DNA from: Felis catus
Taxonomy: Eukaryota
Assembly (NCBI RefSeq): GCF_018350175.1
Contig: NC_058383.1
Span: 2,356,001 to 2,420,000, forward strand
Direction of reading: 5' to 3'
DNA length: 64,000 bases
A program made the translations under genes and the position numbers. This document shows positions 25,333 to 38,536 of this stretch, piece after piece (within the stretch, counting starts at the first letter, position 1; every line of letters begins with the position of its first letter). Below the pieces are notes generated by a model. That model did no database searches. It saw only the letters and a list, made by a program, of their open reading frames with translations, and was not told the DNA's origin.

Positions 25333-26874
25333 AAGAAAATGAAATCCTCAAGAATACTATTTAGAAATGACTGTTGTTAATGTAGAGTGTTACCAGTCTC
25401 CTTCTTTACAGACATCCCCTTTGTGTGTAGAAACATTTTAGAAATCTTCAACATTTCTAGCGGTATCTCAAACATTTCCCCGTGTCATTAACTATTTCAA
25501 AACTTCAGGATTTTGTAACTGCTGCGTGATAATCCAACATATGGGATGGGCTATAATTAGACCGATCCCCTGTTGCTGAACATCTGAGCGGCTTCCAGAC
25601 CATGGCAAGCGTGAACCGCAATATGCCAGGAGCTGGCCGGTCGGGCAACATCCACACACATCTCACCATTCTCCCGTGACAGGTTCCTCTAAGTCGCATT
25701 ATGGGATTCCTGGGTCAAAAAGTATGCACAGTTACTTCTGAGGCTTTTGATAAACATTACTGAACTTCTCTCCAGAACGGCTGCACCAATTTAATCATTT
25801 ATATCTGGTAATTTTTCATTTTCCTAAAATTGATTCTTTTTTTAAATTGGTCTCTTTGGTTTTTCTAAAATTATCCTCCAATGATATTTAACCAGTCCCA
25901 TCTTTAAATCATGGCGACAAGGTAATCACAGTAATTAGCAACTGTGAAAATGAAGCAAATTTAGGACACACACATATACACACTGACAACCCAAAGTCAG
26001 AAAGAAACAGAAAATTAACAGATATTTCGCTACTCCTAATATATTTTTATGTAAGCATTCTCTTTCCTCTAAGTCCTAATGACAAAACGTGAATAAACCA
26101 AATAAATCAACCAATGAAAATGAATTAAAAATAGATAAAGGAATAGAGTAATTGTTAATAAAAATGCTTGGTTTTCTCAAGTCCTTTGCTTCCAATCAGA
26201 ACAAAGACGTGTCGGTCCTTCCAGTAAAGCAGCTCGAATCAAAGCAGACAGAAGATGTAAACGTGTTAGCCTGAATTCCTAGAAGGTTCCCAATCAGGAG
26301 ACCTTGAATTTGATGGGAGAATTAACATCACTTCTGATCTGCAGGGACAGAAGTCCCTCGAAACAGTGCGGCATTGAGATGAAGCGTCAGAGGAGAAAAC
26401 TCGCTCGGACGACACACAGGCGTGCGACTGCTCTCACTCCCTCTGAAACCATCCGATGGGAAGGCGGAGGCTGGCGACAAGACTGACCGGAGAAAAGCTA
26501 AAAGCCGGCAAACCTACTATTGCAGAAAATAAACAGCCCCCCAGAGGCATCTGCACATGTCAGTAAGTCCACCTCCGGCGTGAGGCTCACGCCGAACCGT
26601 TAAGACACCGCAGCCTTTCAAGTCAGGTCTCAGGCATAAACACAGGCGGGCGTGACAGGACAGGAGAGGCGGTACTGGGCTCCCTAGAAGGAGCTGTGGA
26701 ACGTCGCACACCCGGCGTCCTGGCCCCACGGAGGAGCCACAAGCCCTGTCATTACTTGCGCCGTCCCCTTCCTTGTGGGACTCCGGCTGCTCTAGGAGGC
26801 ACCGCTGTTTGGGCGTCCGGCCTCGTGGACTGGGCCAAGAATAGTGCCGATGGCGGAAAACCGTAGCTTGCGAG

Positions 26875-26990
26875 AGGGCTCGGCGCTGACCCTTGGGATT
26901 CTCTCCCTCCCTCTCTCTCTGCCCCTCCCCTGTTCTCACTTTCTCTCTCTCAAAATAAATAAACTCAAAAAAGACAGACAAAAAAACCAC
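26875..26990 (+). mobile_element. 5'-truncated Can-SINE
   Basis: Only the ttgggattctctccc...CT repeat, aaaataaataaa tail remains. Confidence 0.7.
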
Positions 26991-27123
26991 CAAGGAAGCG
27001 AGTTCACGGCAGTTCCTGCTCAAGCCGCACAAGAGCCTCCCTCCTCGGCACAAGAGCCCAGGTCCTGGAAGGGGCCCAGAAGGTGCCACGTGACCTGACC
27101 CTGTTGTCTGTCCGACCTCACTT

Positions 27124-27180
27124 CCTCCTCCTCCTCCTCCTCCTCCTCCTCCTCCTCCTCCTCCTCCTCCTCCTCCTCCT
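27124..27180. repeat. (CCT)19 trinucleotide repeat within an L2 fragment
   Basis: Perfect CCT array; flanks resemble L2 (gggcctttgcactcctg ... cctggcacacagtgggtg). Confidence 0.95.
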
Positions 27181-28674
27181 CTCCCCTCCCTGCTGGCTTC
27201 AGCACCGTCACATGGCCTTGCTGCTTCTGCCTCTGGGCCTTTGCACTCCTGGATCCTGATGGCTGAAACCCTTTTGGCCTAGATAGCTCTAGACTGCCTT
27301 AGATAACACACTCCCTCAGCTCCCTTGATTCTACATTCAAAGATCAGCAAGGCCTTCCCTGGGCCATCTTATCCACGGCCGAGACCTTCTCCCCCACCCC
27401 CCACAAGCCCACCTCTCCCGTCCCTTCCCCGCTTTCTGGCTCTCTTCAGCACTTCCCACTCGCTGGCTGATGGACCCTACGGTTAATCATTCATCTTGTG
27501 GATTATCTCTCTCCTCCCCAGTGGACAGCAAGGCCCCTGAGGGTGGGACCCTTAGTCTGTTCAGTCCCATATTCCCGGGGCCTGGCACACAGTGGGTGGT
27601 CTACTTGCTGCAAGAATAAATGCCTGGATTTCAGGTTCCTCATCTGCTAGACAAGGATAACCTTCCTTTCTAGACCCAAGGCTGCAGCACGGATACTGAC
27701 TGCAGGGGGCAGATATTTGTACACTAACAATTAGATGTGTTTCGTACCCAAAGTGATCAGACGGTACACCAACCAAGTATCACCAATCATTTCAATTTAC
27801 TTCTCACTGGAAACCTTACCACACAAGGAATCATCACGGAGACTAATAAGTTAATACTGGCTCATGTATTACTTGAGAGTAATCTAGTTGTATAACAGGT
27901 CTGGAAATTCCTCTAAAAACCATCTCCCTTCCGTATGTCAAAGATAAAAAGCCCGATTACAGGAAAAGTTCAACCGAAGAGACAGCTTAATTTACCGGAG
28001 CGAGTAGATTAAAACCGCAGTGCGATCGAGTTTAAATCAAAGAGATGCCCCACATCTGTGTCTCGCTTCTTTCCAGTATACAAATGCTTTTGTGATCAGT
28101 AAGATACAAATAGATCTTTATCTGAAAGCATAACGAACAGTCTCCCAGTGTTGTACCCACTCCCGACAGCAGACCCACCCGCAGTCCCTGCCAAGAGGGC
28201 AGCAACACACGGGAAGGTGTGTCCCCCTCAGCAGGGGCACCGAGGCCAGCAGCCCGGCCTTTCCAGACGGTACGTGCGGACAATCTGAAGAAATGAAGTC
28301 TTCTGATGGTGACGCGAGGAGACTTCATCGAACAGCAAAAGGAGATTAGAATGCGGGAGAAAACGCAGACGCCCCGGCCCCAAGTCCCCGGGCGGCAAGG
28401 CCGGATCCAGACAGGAAGCCTCGACTCCAGGCAGGGACCGGTGCCCCGGGTGGGCGCCCTGCAGCGCGCCTTCCGCACCAGCCCCGCAGCCCAGGCCTCG
28501 GGGTGCAGCCGCTTTCTCCACGGCCCAGGGAGCCCTGAGGCAGCCAAAGGCAGTGGGTGTGTAAGAGGGACGGGGAGAACACGCTTGCAGCTTATTACTC
28601 AGATGGGCTGTTAAAGGACCTTCTACCAAATGTTTGTCTACTGTACAGACTTCTTACAAAATCACTGGAGAAGA

Positions 28675-28897
28675 GGGGCACTCGGGTGGCTCAGTCGGTT
28701 GAAGGTCTGACTTCGGCTCAGGTCATGAGCTCATGGTCCGTGGGTTCGAGCCCCGCGTCGGGCCCCGTGCTGACAGCTCAGAGCCCGGAGCCTGCTTCCG
28801 ATTCTGTGTCTCCCACTCTCTCTCTGGCCCTCCCCCGCTCACGCTCTGTCTGGCTCCGTCTCTCTCAAAACTAAATAAAGATTAAACACAATTTTTA
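28675..28897 (+). mobile_element. Can-SINE
   Basis: Full body; TSD aaaatcactggagaag / aaaatctttggagaag. Confidence 0.9.
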
Positions 28898-29773
28898 AAA
28901 ATCTTTGGAGAAGAAGCCTCACAGTAAAATCACTGTACCTGTTAAGTACGCTGCCCACGCTCAGCAGTTTGCAAACTAGTAAAACCGAAACGAGAAGGAT
29001 TTCTAGTGCATCCGAGCTCCTCCGCAAGCAAGCCCTGGCGGGGTTTGCAGGCAGCACTGGCGCGGTGAGCTGGGGGCAAGGGCTCCCTCCCGGGGGGGCG
29101 CTGACCCTTTACACACAGTCCGGCAGGCACACAGTCCGTCAGGCGGCACCAACACCAAGGCCCACTTCTGCAAAAGCACCTTCCGTAAGGGACCAGGTGA
29201 AAGTCACAAATTGTTTCCATATAAAACCACAAAAACAAAGAAAAGACGACATTTAGCACAGAAAGCATTCGTTATTTAGAGGCTGGAGGGAACCTCCTGC
29301 AGCTTCCTCCCACTGCAACCCTGCAGCCATGGGGGAGGGAGTCAAAAAGGTCTTCAAGTGCTAGAAACCTGCAGACTGAGTTAATCCCTGGGTTACTAAT
29401 TCTATGAAAAAACTATTTTTAGTTTTCAAGTAAGCAAGAATAATTCCTTAAGGACACACATCTGTTTTTCCTCAAAATTACGATAACTCCCTCGGGCAGT
29501 GTTTTCCTTCGCTTTCTTTTTCTTTTAAAGCTACTGAGACACTAACACAGTCTTTAGACCTCAGCTAAAACGTGGCGACTTCACGCTCCGGTTCGGACAC
29601 GGCCACTTGAACCCCCCAACGTTTATGGTGAACTTCAAAGTCCATCTACATAACTGGGGGGGGGGAGCACAGAACAGGACCAACAACCTACCACAAAACC
29701 TGTACTTTTAAGGACAAAATTGGTCAACAGAGGACATTTACTCAGCATTTACAGACGGACTTAAGGACACATG

Positions 29774-30091
29774 CAGGTGGCTCTTACGGACTCCATCTCC
29801 CTCGCAGCTGAAAATTTTGACTCCCCCAAAACTTGACTGCTAACAGCCTACTGTTGACCGGAAGCCTTAGGGAGAACATGAGCAGCCAATTAACATATAT
29901 TTTGCAAGTTCTATGTAGTTTATACTGTATTCTTACAATGCAGTGAGCTGTAGAGAAGAAAATATTGAGAAAAACATAAAGAAAGGAAGACATTTACAGT
30001 GCTGTATTTATAAAAACAACAACAAAAAACCCCAGATCCACGTATAAATGGACCCGTGCTGCCTAAACCCGTGTTATTCAAGGGTCAACTG
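29774..30091. mobile_element. Tigger2a/MER8-like TcMar MITE
   Basis: Ends ...aatggacccgtgctgcctaaacccgtgttattcaagggtcaactg; internal ttttgactcccccaaaactt and gcctactgttgaccggaagcctta. Confidence 0.8.
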
Positions 30092-30142
30092 CACACACAC
30101 AAAGTCGAAAGAACGCAGTGACTTTTAAAATGTAATTACTTC

Positions 30143-30330
30143 GGGGGGGGCTGGGTGGCTCAATTGGTTAAGCGTGTGACTCTGACTTTGGCTCAGGTCA
30201 TGATCTTAAGGTTTGTGAGTCTGAGCCCCTGACAGGGCAGAGCCGGCTTTGGATCCTCTGTCCCTCTCTCTTTGCCCCACCCCCTCTCTATCTCAAAAAT
30301 AAACATTCAAAAAACTAAAATAAAAAAATG
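30143..30330 (+). mobile_element. Can-SINE (internally deleted)
   Basis: Head plus tail; TSD aaatgtaattac. Confidence 0.85.
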
Positions 30331-30859
30331 AAATGTAATTACCTTGTCTCCAATAAGAGGAGGTTACAGTTCATGTTTTGTGTTTTAGGTCAAAGATGAA
30401 ACAGTTTCAAAAGTGTAAATTTTTTTTTTACTGATTTTTTACTGATAAAAATTATTTTATCAGCTTTGATAAAATAGAATGTCCTTTCTCAGCAGGATGA
30501 TTTTTTTTACTTTTTAAATTATTTAACGAGTAGACAAGGACAAATGCTCAGAGCACACACGTCATCAGGGGCCCCCGCAGTAGCGGGGACCCAGGGCCCG
30601 GCGGGGCCGCGTGCTGGAGCGGCCCCACCGTCCCTGCGAGTGAAGCACGACTCGTGCCCAGAGACCTGCTGTACCTGCTGCCGGCTGCGACAAAGACGCC
30701 GGGGAAGACAGGAGAGCACGCAAGGAGGGCGCGAAGAGGGAAAGGCAGCCAGGCCTGGAAGGCAGGTGGAGCAGGATGTGAGGGAAAACCCGAGAAAATG
30801 CAGGCGGCAGGCCCTGTGAAGCGTAGGAGCAAAAGTGGAAAATCAGGAGGCACCGGCAT

Positions 30860-31064
30860 CAGTCACGAGGCTGGAACTGGACAGCCCGTCCGCAGGGCCG
30901 CCAGACAAGCCGGGAGCAGGGACCAGAAGGGACCAGGAAGGACCGGGAAGGACATGGAATGCAGTCACGAGGCTGGAATCGGACGGCCCCGTCCGCAGGG
31001 CCGCCAGACAAGCTGGGAGCAGGGACCAGAAGGGATCAGGAAGGACCGGGAAGGACATGGAACG
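30860..31064. repeat. Tandem duplication, two copies of ~102 bp
   Basis: 30860-30961 and 30962-31064 are near-identical (cagtcacgaggctggaa...gaaggacatggaa). Confidence 0.92.
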
Positions 31065-31308
31065 CTGCCTTGGGCTGTGGGCTGCACGCGATGTGTCCGT
31101 CTGCACGTGGGCCTCTGTCTCTCTGAATCCCCTAACCTGAACTCAAGACGACTGAAGACCCACCCTCTCAACTTCGTCCGGCTCCCAGATCAAGTCAGGG
31201 TCACAGCACAAGGCTCTCGGGGGATTTCCTGGGCAAACAAAGTCTCTCCTCCAGAGTCACCTTCTCAGTGAGGCCTGACCCGACCACTGTATTTAAAGCC
31301 ACGGCCCC

Positions 31309-31546
31309 GGGGCGCCTGGGTGGCTCAGTCGGTTAAGCGGCCGACTTCGGCTCAGGTCATGATCTCGCCGTCCGTGAGTTCGAGCCCCGCGTCAGGCTCT
31401 GGGCTGATGGCTCAGAGCCTGGAGCCTGTTTCCGATTCTGTGTCTCCCTCTCTCTCTGCCCCTCCCCCGCTCATGCTCTGTCTCTCTCTGTCCCAAAAAT
31501 AAATAAACGTTAAAAAAGTTTAAAAAAAAAAAATAAAAAAAAAAAA
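31309..31546 (+). mobile_element. Young felid SINE with 15-bp TSD
   Basis: TSD TAAAGCCACGGCCCC at 31294-31308 and 31547-31561; long A tail. Confidence 0.93.
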
Positions 31547-32978
31547 TAAAGCCACGGCCCCACCACTGAACTTTTGAGTTCCTTTTCCTGCTTTCTACAC
31601 GGCACAGAGTTCCAGCGCTGGAAGGCGTCTAGAGGGTGCTCTGCCGAATCACCCCCCAGACAGCAATTCCTTACAAATACCCGCTTTCTAGCCTTACATG
31701 CTTATCAGCCTATGTTGGACGCTTTAGAAAAAGGGCTCTCCAAGTTATCCCGCGAACCCCAAAAGCACCTTCCTGTGCTCTCCCCAGCCCACCTGTCCCT
31801 GCTCCCCCTCACCCCTCCATGCGCGAGCCCACTAGGGCACATGCTCCTCATCACGGTACCCGGATGCATCTACACTGTGTTCCTAGTGCTGAACGCACAG
31901 TCGCATGGACAAGGAATCATCTCTGTCCTTCAGGCCAATGAAGGTCATCCATCAGTCGCCGGGTGCCAACCCATGGCAGGTACCCAGACTACCGCAGAGA
32001 TGAGACACACGGGCCCCTGGCCTCCAGAAGCTTCTGTGTGAGGGAAGGGGGACACAAATCGCAGGTGGACAGACACAGAAGATGTCGCCGCAGCCCAGAC
32101 CCGGGACCGTGCCCTACAGGCAACGACGGACCTATGGGGTGGAGGGTGGAGGGGGCCGCGGTCAACAGGGGCATCAGGGAAGGTCGCTAAGGTGCCAAGC
32201 TGACCTCGAGGACAGGAAGGAGCCGGCCACGCGGTAAAAGCTTGCCTAGTGGGAGGGAAGCAAGACCCTGAGCTTCATGGAAGGGCTGGAGCATGGCAGG
32301 TTGGTGGGGCGGGGGGGGGAGTGGGAGAGCTCGGCGCGGGGCATGTGGAGTTTTCCTGGACTATGGTTTGAAAACAGTGCAAACCTTGAACACACTACAA
32401 GCCGTGACGCAGGACTCGAAGAAGCAGAGTGTTAGTGTCATGTCACCAAACGATCTTAGAAGCTGGCCAACGTGGATTAAGAGCTGGCCCAGTTGGGAGC
32501 TTGGCGTTATCTCAGTTTATCCACATGCATGGAGGTGCGTTGAGACTTTTCCACGTACGGTCGAGACCACAGCAGAATGGGGAGGTCCTCGTCCCGTGGC
32601 AACAGATGTGTGGGGGGGAGGGGGTGGAGAGGCTTAGGGAACGGGGTCCTTGCCTTTGCCAGCAAGCTGAGAGCTTAGGCACCCCCTGTACCCCGAGGGG
32701 CCCTGAGACTCCGCATTCTTCAGAGCCGACCTTCCATAAGCAGCCTGGAGCTCAGCCTGGGTCCAAGGAAAACACAAACCTCGAGGCACCAAGGGTGGGT
32801 GTGAACCGCACTATCACAGGATCCAGGAATACGAAGAACGTTATTCCCCACGCCACCCTAGTCCGAGCACCGCCCGGAACAGAGGGACCGCTGTCCTGCC
32901 TGCAGAGCAGAAATGGGGAGCGGCAGGGACCCCCAGTCCCACTTTAGAACCACATCAACCCACTCCTGTCAGGTGAGG

Positions 32979-33573
32979 CAGAGGCTGGAAGCCTGAGGCT
33001 TGCAGGCCAAACCCATCCTGTGTTCTGACCTTGTCTGGCCTGTGAGCTAAGAATAGTTCTTAGAGACCGGTATTTGCATTGAATTTGATGACAGGAACAC
33101 TAACTTTGAAGCCCAATTAAACGCAATGGTATTCCTCCCAAAGAATTCTATTCTCCTCGAGAGGACGCATGTGTTACAAAAAACTGTACTCAATGTGATA
33201 ATTCTCATTGTTATATTTTGAATTTTATCTATGAAAAATTAGTAGAGGGGCGCCTGGGTGGCTCAACTGGTTGAGCGTCCGACTTCGGCTCAGGTCATGA
33301 TCTCGCGGTTTGTGGGTTCGAGCCCCGCGTGGGGCTCTGTGCTGACAGCTCGGAGCCTGGAGCCTGCTTCGGATTCCATGTCGCCCTCTCTCTCTGTCCT
33401 CCCCCGCTCACATTCTGCCTCTCTCTCTCAAAAATGAGTATTAAAAAACATTGCAGAAATTCAGTTTCTTTTTTATTACACGGGTATCTACATAGTACCT
33501 TTTATACGGACTCCTGGCCCACAAAACCTAAAATACTTACCGTCTGGCCTTCACAGAGCTTTGCTGACTCCTA
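32979..33573. mobile_element. hAT-Charlie MER58/Cheshire-derived element interrupted by a SINE
   Basis: Ends gcaggccaaa...gagctaagaatagtt and ggcccacaaaacctaaaatacttaccgtctggcc...tttgctgactcct. Confidence 0.7.
33247..33449 (+). mobile_element. Can-SINE nested in the MER58-like element
   Basis: GGGGCGCCTGGGTGGCTCAA head and full body. Confidence 0.9.
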
Positions 33574-33702
33574 TGACTTTTGCTTCCTGCCCCCAAGGCG
33601 AGCTTCTCTGATGCTGAGAACCCTCAGGAACAGCTGACCAGGGTCCTCTCTCTGCAGACCAGTACTTCTCAGTCCTGGCTGCTGTGAAAGTGACCTGGGG
33701 GA

Positions 33703-33889
33703 GTTTTTGTTTTGTTTTGTTTTGGAAAGATGCATGAGCGGGGTGGGGGACAGGCAGAGGCAGAGAGAGAAAAGCTTAAGCAGGCTCCATGCTGAGCATG
33801 CTGTGGGGCTCGATCCCACAGCCCTGGGATCATGACAGGACCCAAATCAAGAGTCAGACACTCAGCCCACTGAGCCACCCCGGCGCCCC
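33703..33889 (-). mobile_element. Older Can-SINE nested in a MER5-like fossil
   Basis: (TTTTG)n tail; aaatcaagagtcagacactc; ends ggcgcccc. Confidence 0.8.
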
Positions 33890-34107
33890 ACAGCTGGGGG
33901 ACTTTCAACCCTCCTGACTGCTGCACTCTAGACCCAAGCACCAGAATCTCTGGGGTAGAGCCTGAGCCGGGCACTTCCGGAGCCACCTCAAGGGACCACC
34001 AGCCTGACCGCTGCGGACCCCAACTAGGAGAGGAAACAGGCTTGCAGGGAAAGAAAGAACGATTTCATGTTCTGGGCACTCCTAATCTAGGTCGTAACTA
34101 TCTTTGA

Positions 34108-34560
34108 ATGATTTCTCCTTCTATTAATGTTTCCTATTCTATTTATGATGCTCTGACATCCTAGGGGCCCTGTAATCCTGGAGACTGCCCCTCCCAGGGA
34201 CAGCTAACTCCCTTTCTAGGCGAAACAACCAACACAGATCCCGGGAGGCAGGACCCCACTGCCCTAATCACCCAGGGCTGGTCCTAGACAAGCAGGGACC
34301 ACGCCCACAGCCAGGAGCCCACCTGACTCCTTGCCGCCCCCTTTGCCCTGCCCCACTCCTTCCCACCACCAAGGCTCCTAGCCACACGCCTTTCCTTCCG
34401 TCCGCCTGCCTCCCGACTGACTCTGGCGCCTCCCTGGGTGGCCCCACACGGCGGGCCATGCCCCTTCTCTGAAGACCTGTCCACGCGAGCCTCTTCCCTC
34501 ACGAGCACCATCTCTGCGCCTGCGTGTCCTGCCATTCCTGATTAGAACAAATCCTGGTTG
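34108..34560 (+). mobile_element. ERVL solo LTR (MER74-like)
   Basis: tttcctattctatttatgatgctctgacatc ... gagactgcccctcccaggg ... ctgccctaatcacccagggc match recalled MER74 motifs. Confidence 0.7.
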
Positions 34561-35564
34561 CGTCTCCTGTGGCCCCTACGGCTGTACTCAACCAGGCCCC
34601 AACACCGCGTCTACTCAAACGCGTTTCACTCACCTGAAACAAAGAATACAGTTTTCCCGCTCATCTGATAGCTTTGCTAGTAAGACTTTCCACGAGAAGT
34701 GTTATTTGACCAACACTCGGTCAGGCTGCAAAGTGCACGTACGAGTCCATGTCTAAGTTCATGCTCTGGAGACACCGTGCTCACGGTGTATAGAGGACGT
34801 GGGTGAGGACGCAGAGTGCAGCACCGTCGGCCGCAGGGGGACGGAAAACCAGCTCACGACAAGTTAGGAGGGAAGGGACTACAAATCTCGCTAATCAGTG
34901 GGACGGTTACAGTAACAAACTAGACCCGTACGCGCCAACATGGACAGATGCAAACATACTGCTGAGCAAACCAATTTTTAAAATCATATATTCAAAATGC
35001 CACGTGTACAAATTCTTAAAAACACACGAAATATATATTTACATACACACAAACACAGTATAGATATACACATAGTTACTAGAAGTATCAAAACACAGAC
35101 CGAATACAATCAAACGCATGCTAGTGGCTGCGTCTGGGGAGAAAGGAAGCAGCAGCAGTAACACTAAGAATGAAGCCAGCTGAAGCTGAAGTCAACTGAA
35201 CCCTTACTACGTCCAGGGACCAGTCTGGCAGGGATTCACACACTCGATTCTTAGGGCAACCAGGAGACAGCTCCAATTACTATTCCTATCTCACAGGTGG
35301 AAAAACTGAGGCTGGCAAGGGGACAAGATACCCACGTCCCTTGCTCCAGACCTAAGTGAACTCCCAACGGAGCGCGCAGGGCCTCCTGAGGTGCTCCAAG
35401 CGACCCCCTGCTCCTGCTCTGGCCCACGCTCCCGCCTCCCCAGCCCCGTCTCCATTCCCCACCCGGTGCACCGGGAGGTCCTTGTAAAATGAAGCCGCAC
35501 CGTTTCACTTCTCTACTGAAAACTTTCCAGGGGCTTCCCACGACACCTGGGTTTACTGTTCTAT

Positions 35565-35755
35565 GTATATTTTTTAAAATTTATTTGAGAGCCAGCGAGT
35601 GCAGGGGAGGGGCCGAGAGAGAGGACCCCAAGCAGGCTCCGCGCTGTCGGCATAGAGCCCCACACGGGGCTCCATGTCCTGAGCCCTGAGATCACGACCT
35701 GAGCCAAAATCAAGAGCCGGCTGCTGTTAACTGACCGAGCCCCCCGCCACCCCCC
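35565..35755 (-). mobile_element. Can-SINE inserted in an L2 fragment
   Basis: atttatttgagag ... gagatcacgacctgagccaaaatcaagagc. Confidence 0.82.
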
Positions 35756-38335
35756 GGCGGCCCGCACTACGCTGCATTTTAAAGGGGACACCCTTACTGC
35801 GGCCCGCAAGACGAGGCACCGTCCTCCCCGGCTCACTCTCCCTTGCTGCCTGCGCTCCACGCACACTGACCTCCCCTGGGCTCTCCAGTCCCTGGCCACA
35901 CCCAGCCCGTGGGCGTCGCGGTCACCGTGCCCTCGCCCGGAGCACACTCCCGCCCCCAGACATCCGCGGGGCTGGCTTCCTCTGGCAGTCTCTGCCAGCT
36001 GTGGGACCTCCAGGCCTGCTCCCGCCAATCAGCGGTGCTCCCTGGTTGACCGCCCACCGTGGCTTCTGCCCGGAACCTCACGAAGAGGAAGCCGCAGCCA
36101 CGCTGCAATGAACCAGACGAAGCTCCCCGAGAGCCACGCACGCTCGACAAGAGTGGCAGATGCGCATCACTGATCTTCTCGTTGGGGTTCCGCTCACGCT
36201 GACGAGGACTCCCGGGTCACGTATGTTCTGCACACACACGGCCGGAGAAGTGAGAGCGGGGGAAACGCTCCGGCTTTATTTCGGGGTGGAGACGCCACCT
36301 TTCGACAGTTGGCTGTGGTTAGGTGCCCAGAGGCTGCCCCCACTCCAGACAGATCCCGCGAAGGAGCCAAGCCACCAGCGGCTCTTTGGGCAGCAAACAC
36401 AACTGTGAGAAAACGGATGTCAGACGTGCCCTGACGGCAGAAAGAAACTAGCGCCACGTGTTTTCAGTTACACGGGGCAGCGGGCAGAGAACTGCCTTTA
36501 ATGGCTACTCCTGAAACTCCCCAATGGCATGAATGCCTCTACAGAAGGAAACCAGGCTTGCAACTCCCCGCCGACTCACTGGGTGGCCCAAGGCAAAGCA
36601 GCTCACCCCTGAACACTCCCCGGGGGGGTGACAGTGGCTCCTCTGGTCCCCCCAGCCCTCTGTTACCACGCCCACTCTGCCTTGGAAGGAGTGCTCCACG
36701 CACCACCAGGTAAGCGATTCTTCTTCCCTCGGCCCGTCGACCAGCAGAGGGCTAGCTGCCACCTCCAGTTCCACAGCACCCTCACCGTCATGTCACTCAC
36801 ATCGTGAAAAATATCTTATGAGATGATCAAAATTAAAATTTGCCTTTCCAGTTCTTTCAGACTTCTTTCCTCTAGAAGTACTTATTCGTATATCCAACAA
36901 ACACTCCGAATGCCCATCACAGGCACGAACCAGGCCGGGCCTCAGGGGTCCGAGGCGCGTGAGACCAGGCGCCCACGCACGCACCCATGACTGGCACTCC
37001 TGGATGCACGCTCCAGAGCTGTGTGCAAATGTAAGGTATGCACGTGAGCTGCTAAGATTCAGGCTGACACCAACATTTCTTCGTAAATGTAGCTTAAAAA
37101 ATGTTATAACGTTATCCACTCAGCTCTCCTATTTTGTGTTTTTAGAACTTTTCGCTTAAATGTGCAAATTCTGAAGCTGCTGCTGGATGCTACTTTTCCT
37201 TTGAGAGGTTCTATTCTGTAGGGTTTTTGTCTCCCCTCCCAGAAGTCACTGGGATGCTATCGTCAGAATTCCAAGGCCATCTGCTCGTGTGAACCAGCAT
37301 CGGTAGTGTCCCATAAGCAGAAGCGGGAATTCTGAATAACGGGGATCTTAGACCTGGCACCCCCTACCTCCCAATCGTCCCTCTCTCGAGCCCTACTCAA
37401 CATAAACACAGCGCCTTGCAAAGGAGCTGGACAAAATTAACGTCCCTGACCCTCCCACCCGAAGACGGTCTGCTGAAACCACTCCTAAAAGCACTGGACT
37501 TATCACCAGAGCCCCTCGCGCCCACTCCCTGACCTCGCGCTTACTGGAATTCGATGTGGTTTAAGAGATTAGCAACACCAAGGTTTTCAGGAGCACTACG
37601 GTTACCAACCACTACCGTGGCCTGGAAAAGCCGCTTTAGTTCTTAGTGACTATTCACACGTTGTCTGCCACAATAAAAAGTCAGGTCTGAGGCATCCGTG
37701 GCGGGCTTTCCATACCGCCTGGTCTATACAGTCCAGAACCATCCCAGAGCACGGACAGGCCCTGCTCCCCACTATGTACACCACACCCACCATAAAACGG
37801 TGGGGGCCTGTGTTTCTGTGACTGTGCAGAGACAAGACTATTTATAGAACAGGCTACTTAGCTAACCCCGGTATCGATAGCGGTTAGGGGCCAACTGCGT
37901 CCCGGGTCTACGATTTCCAGGAGCTCCGATGCAGACGGCACAGGATGGGGGCCTGGGGTGGGTGGCAGGACGGAGAATGGGACATTCTCTGTCATTCCAT
38001 CACATGGACCACAAACCTTTGCAGGTGTAGAGAAACCAAACCCTTCTGGAAGGGGCCCAGGGCTTCCTCAGAAGACCTAGAACAATTCATCCAGTAAGCA
38101 CTTAGGAAGCACCCGTGACCAGGGGGAGTAGAGGCAAGATCAGAATGACAACGTGAACTTCCAATGGTCTTGATTCCAGTTGGACACAGAATGAACTAAA
38201 ATAAAGAATTTAAAAAGCATGCCGTAGACACAAGAGAGTACAAAATATAGGTTAATATCTATAAAGTGCAAGGCAAATGAATGATCTTAAGGGCTTGGGC
38301 TTGCAATAAAAGTACGTAAAGAAAGACACTTCAAG

Positions 38336-38536
38336 TTTTTCTTTTTGTCTTTGAGAGAGAGAGAGCACACAAGCAGGGGACAGGGGTAGGAGCAGACAGA
38401 GAATTCCAGGCAGGCTCCAAGCCCAGAGTGGATCCTCACACGGGCTCGATCCCACACCCCTGGATCATGATCTGAGCTGAACCTGAGCCAAAATCAAGAG
38501 TCCGACACTCAACTGACTGAGCCATCCAGGCGCCCC
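38336..38536 (-). mobile_element. Older Can-SINE
   Basis: GA repeat ... aaatcaagagtccgacactcaactgactgagccatccaggcgcccc. Confidence 0.85.

Noticed and set aside
27020..27211. Poly-Glu ORF
   Set aside because: Translation of the (CCT)19 microsatellite.
31309..31390. tRNA-like A/B boxes (TGGCTCAGTCGG, GTTCGAGCC) here and in other SINE heads
   Set aside because: They are heads of tRNA-derived Can-SINEs with CT repeat, poly-A and TSDs, not tRNA genes.
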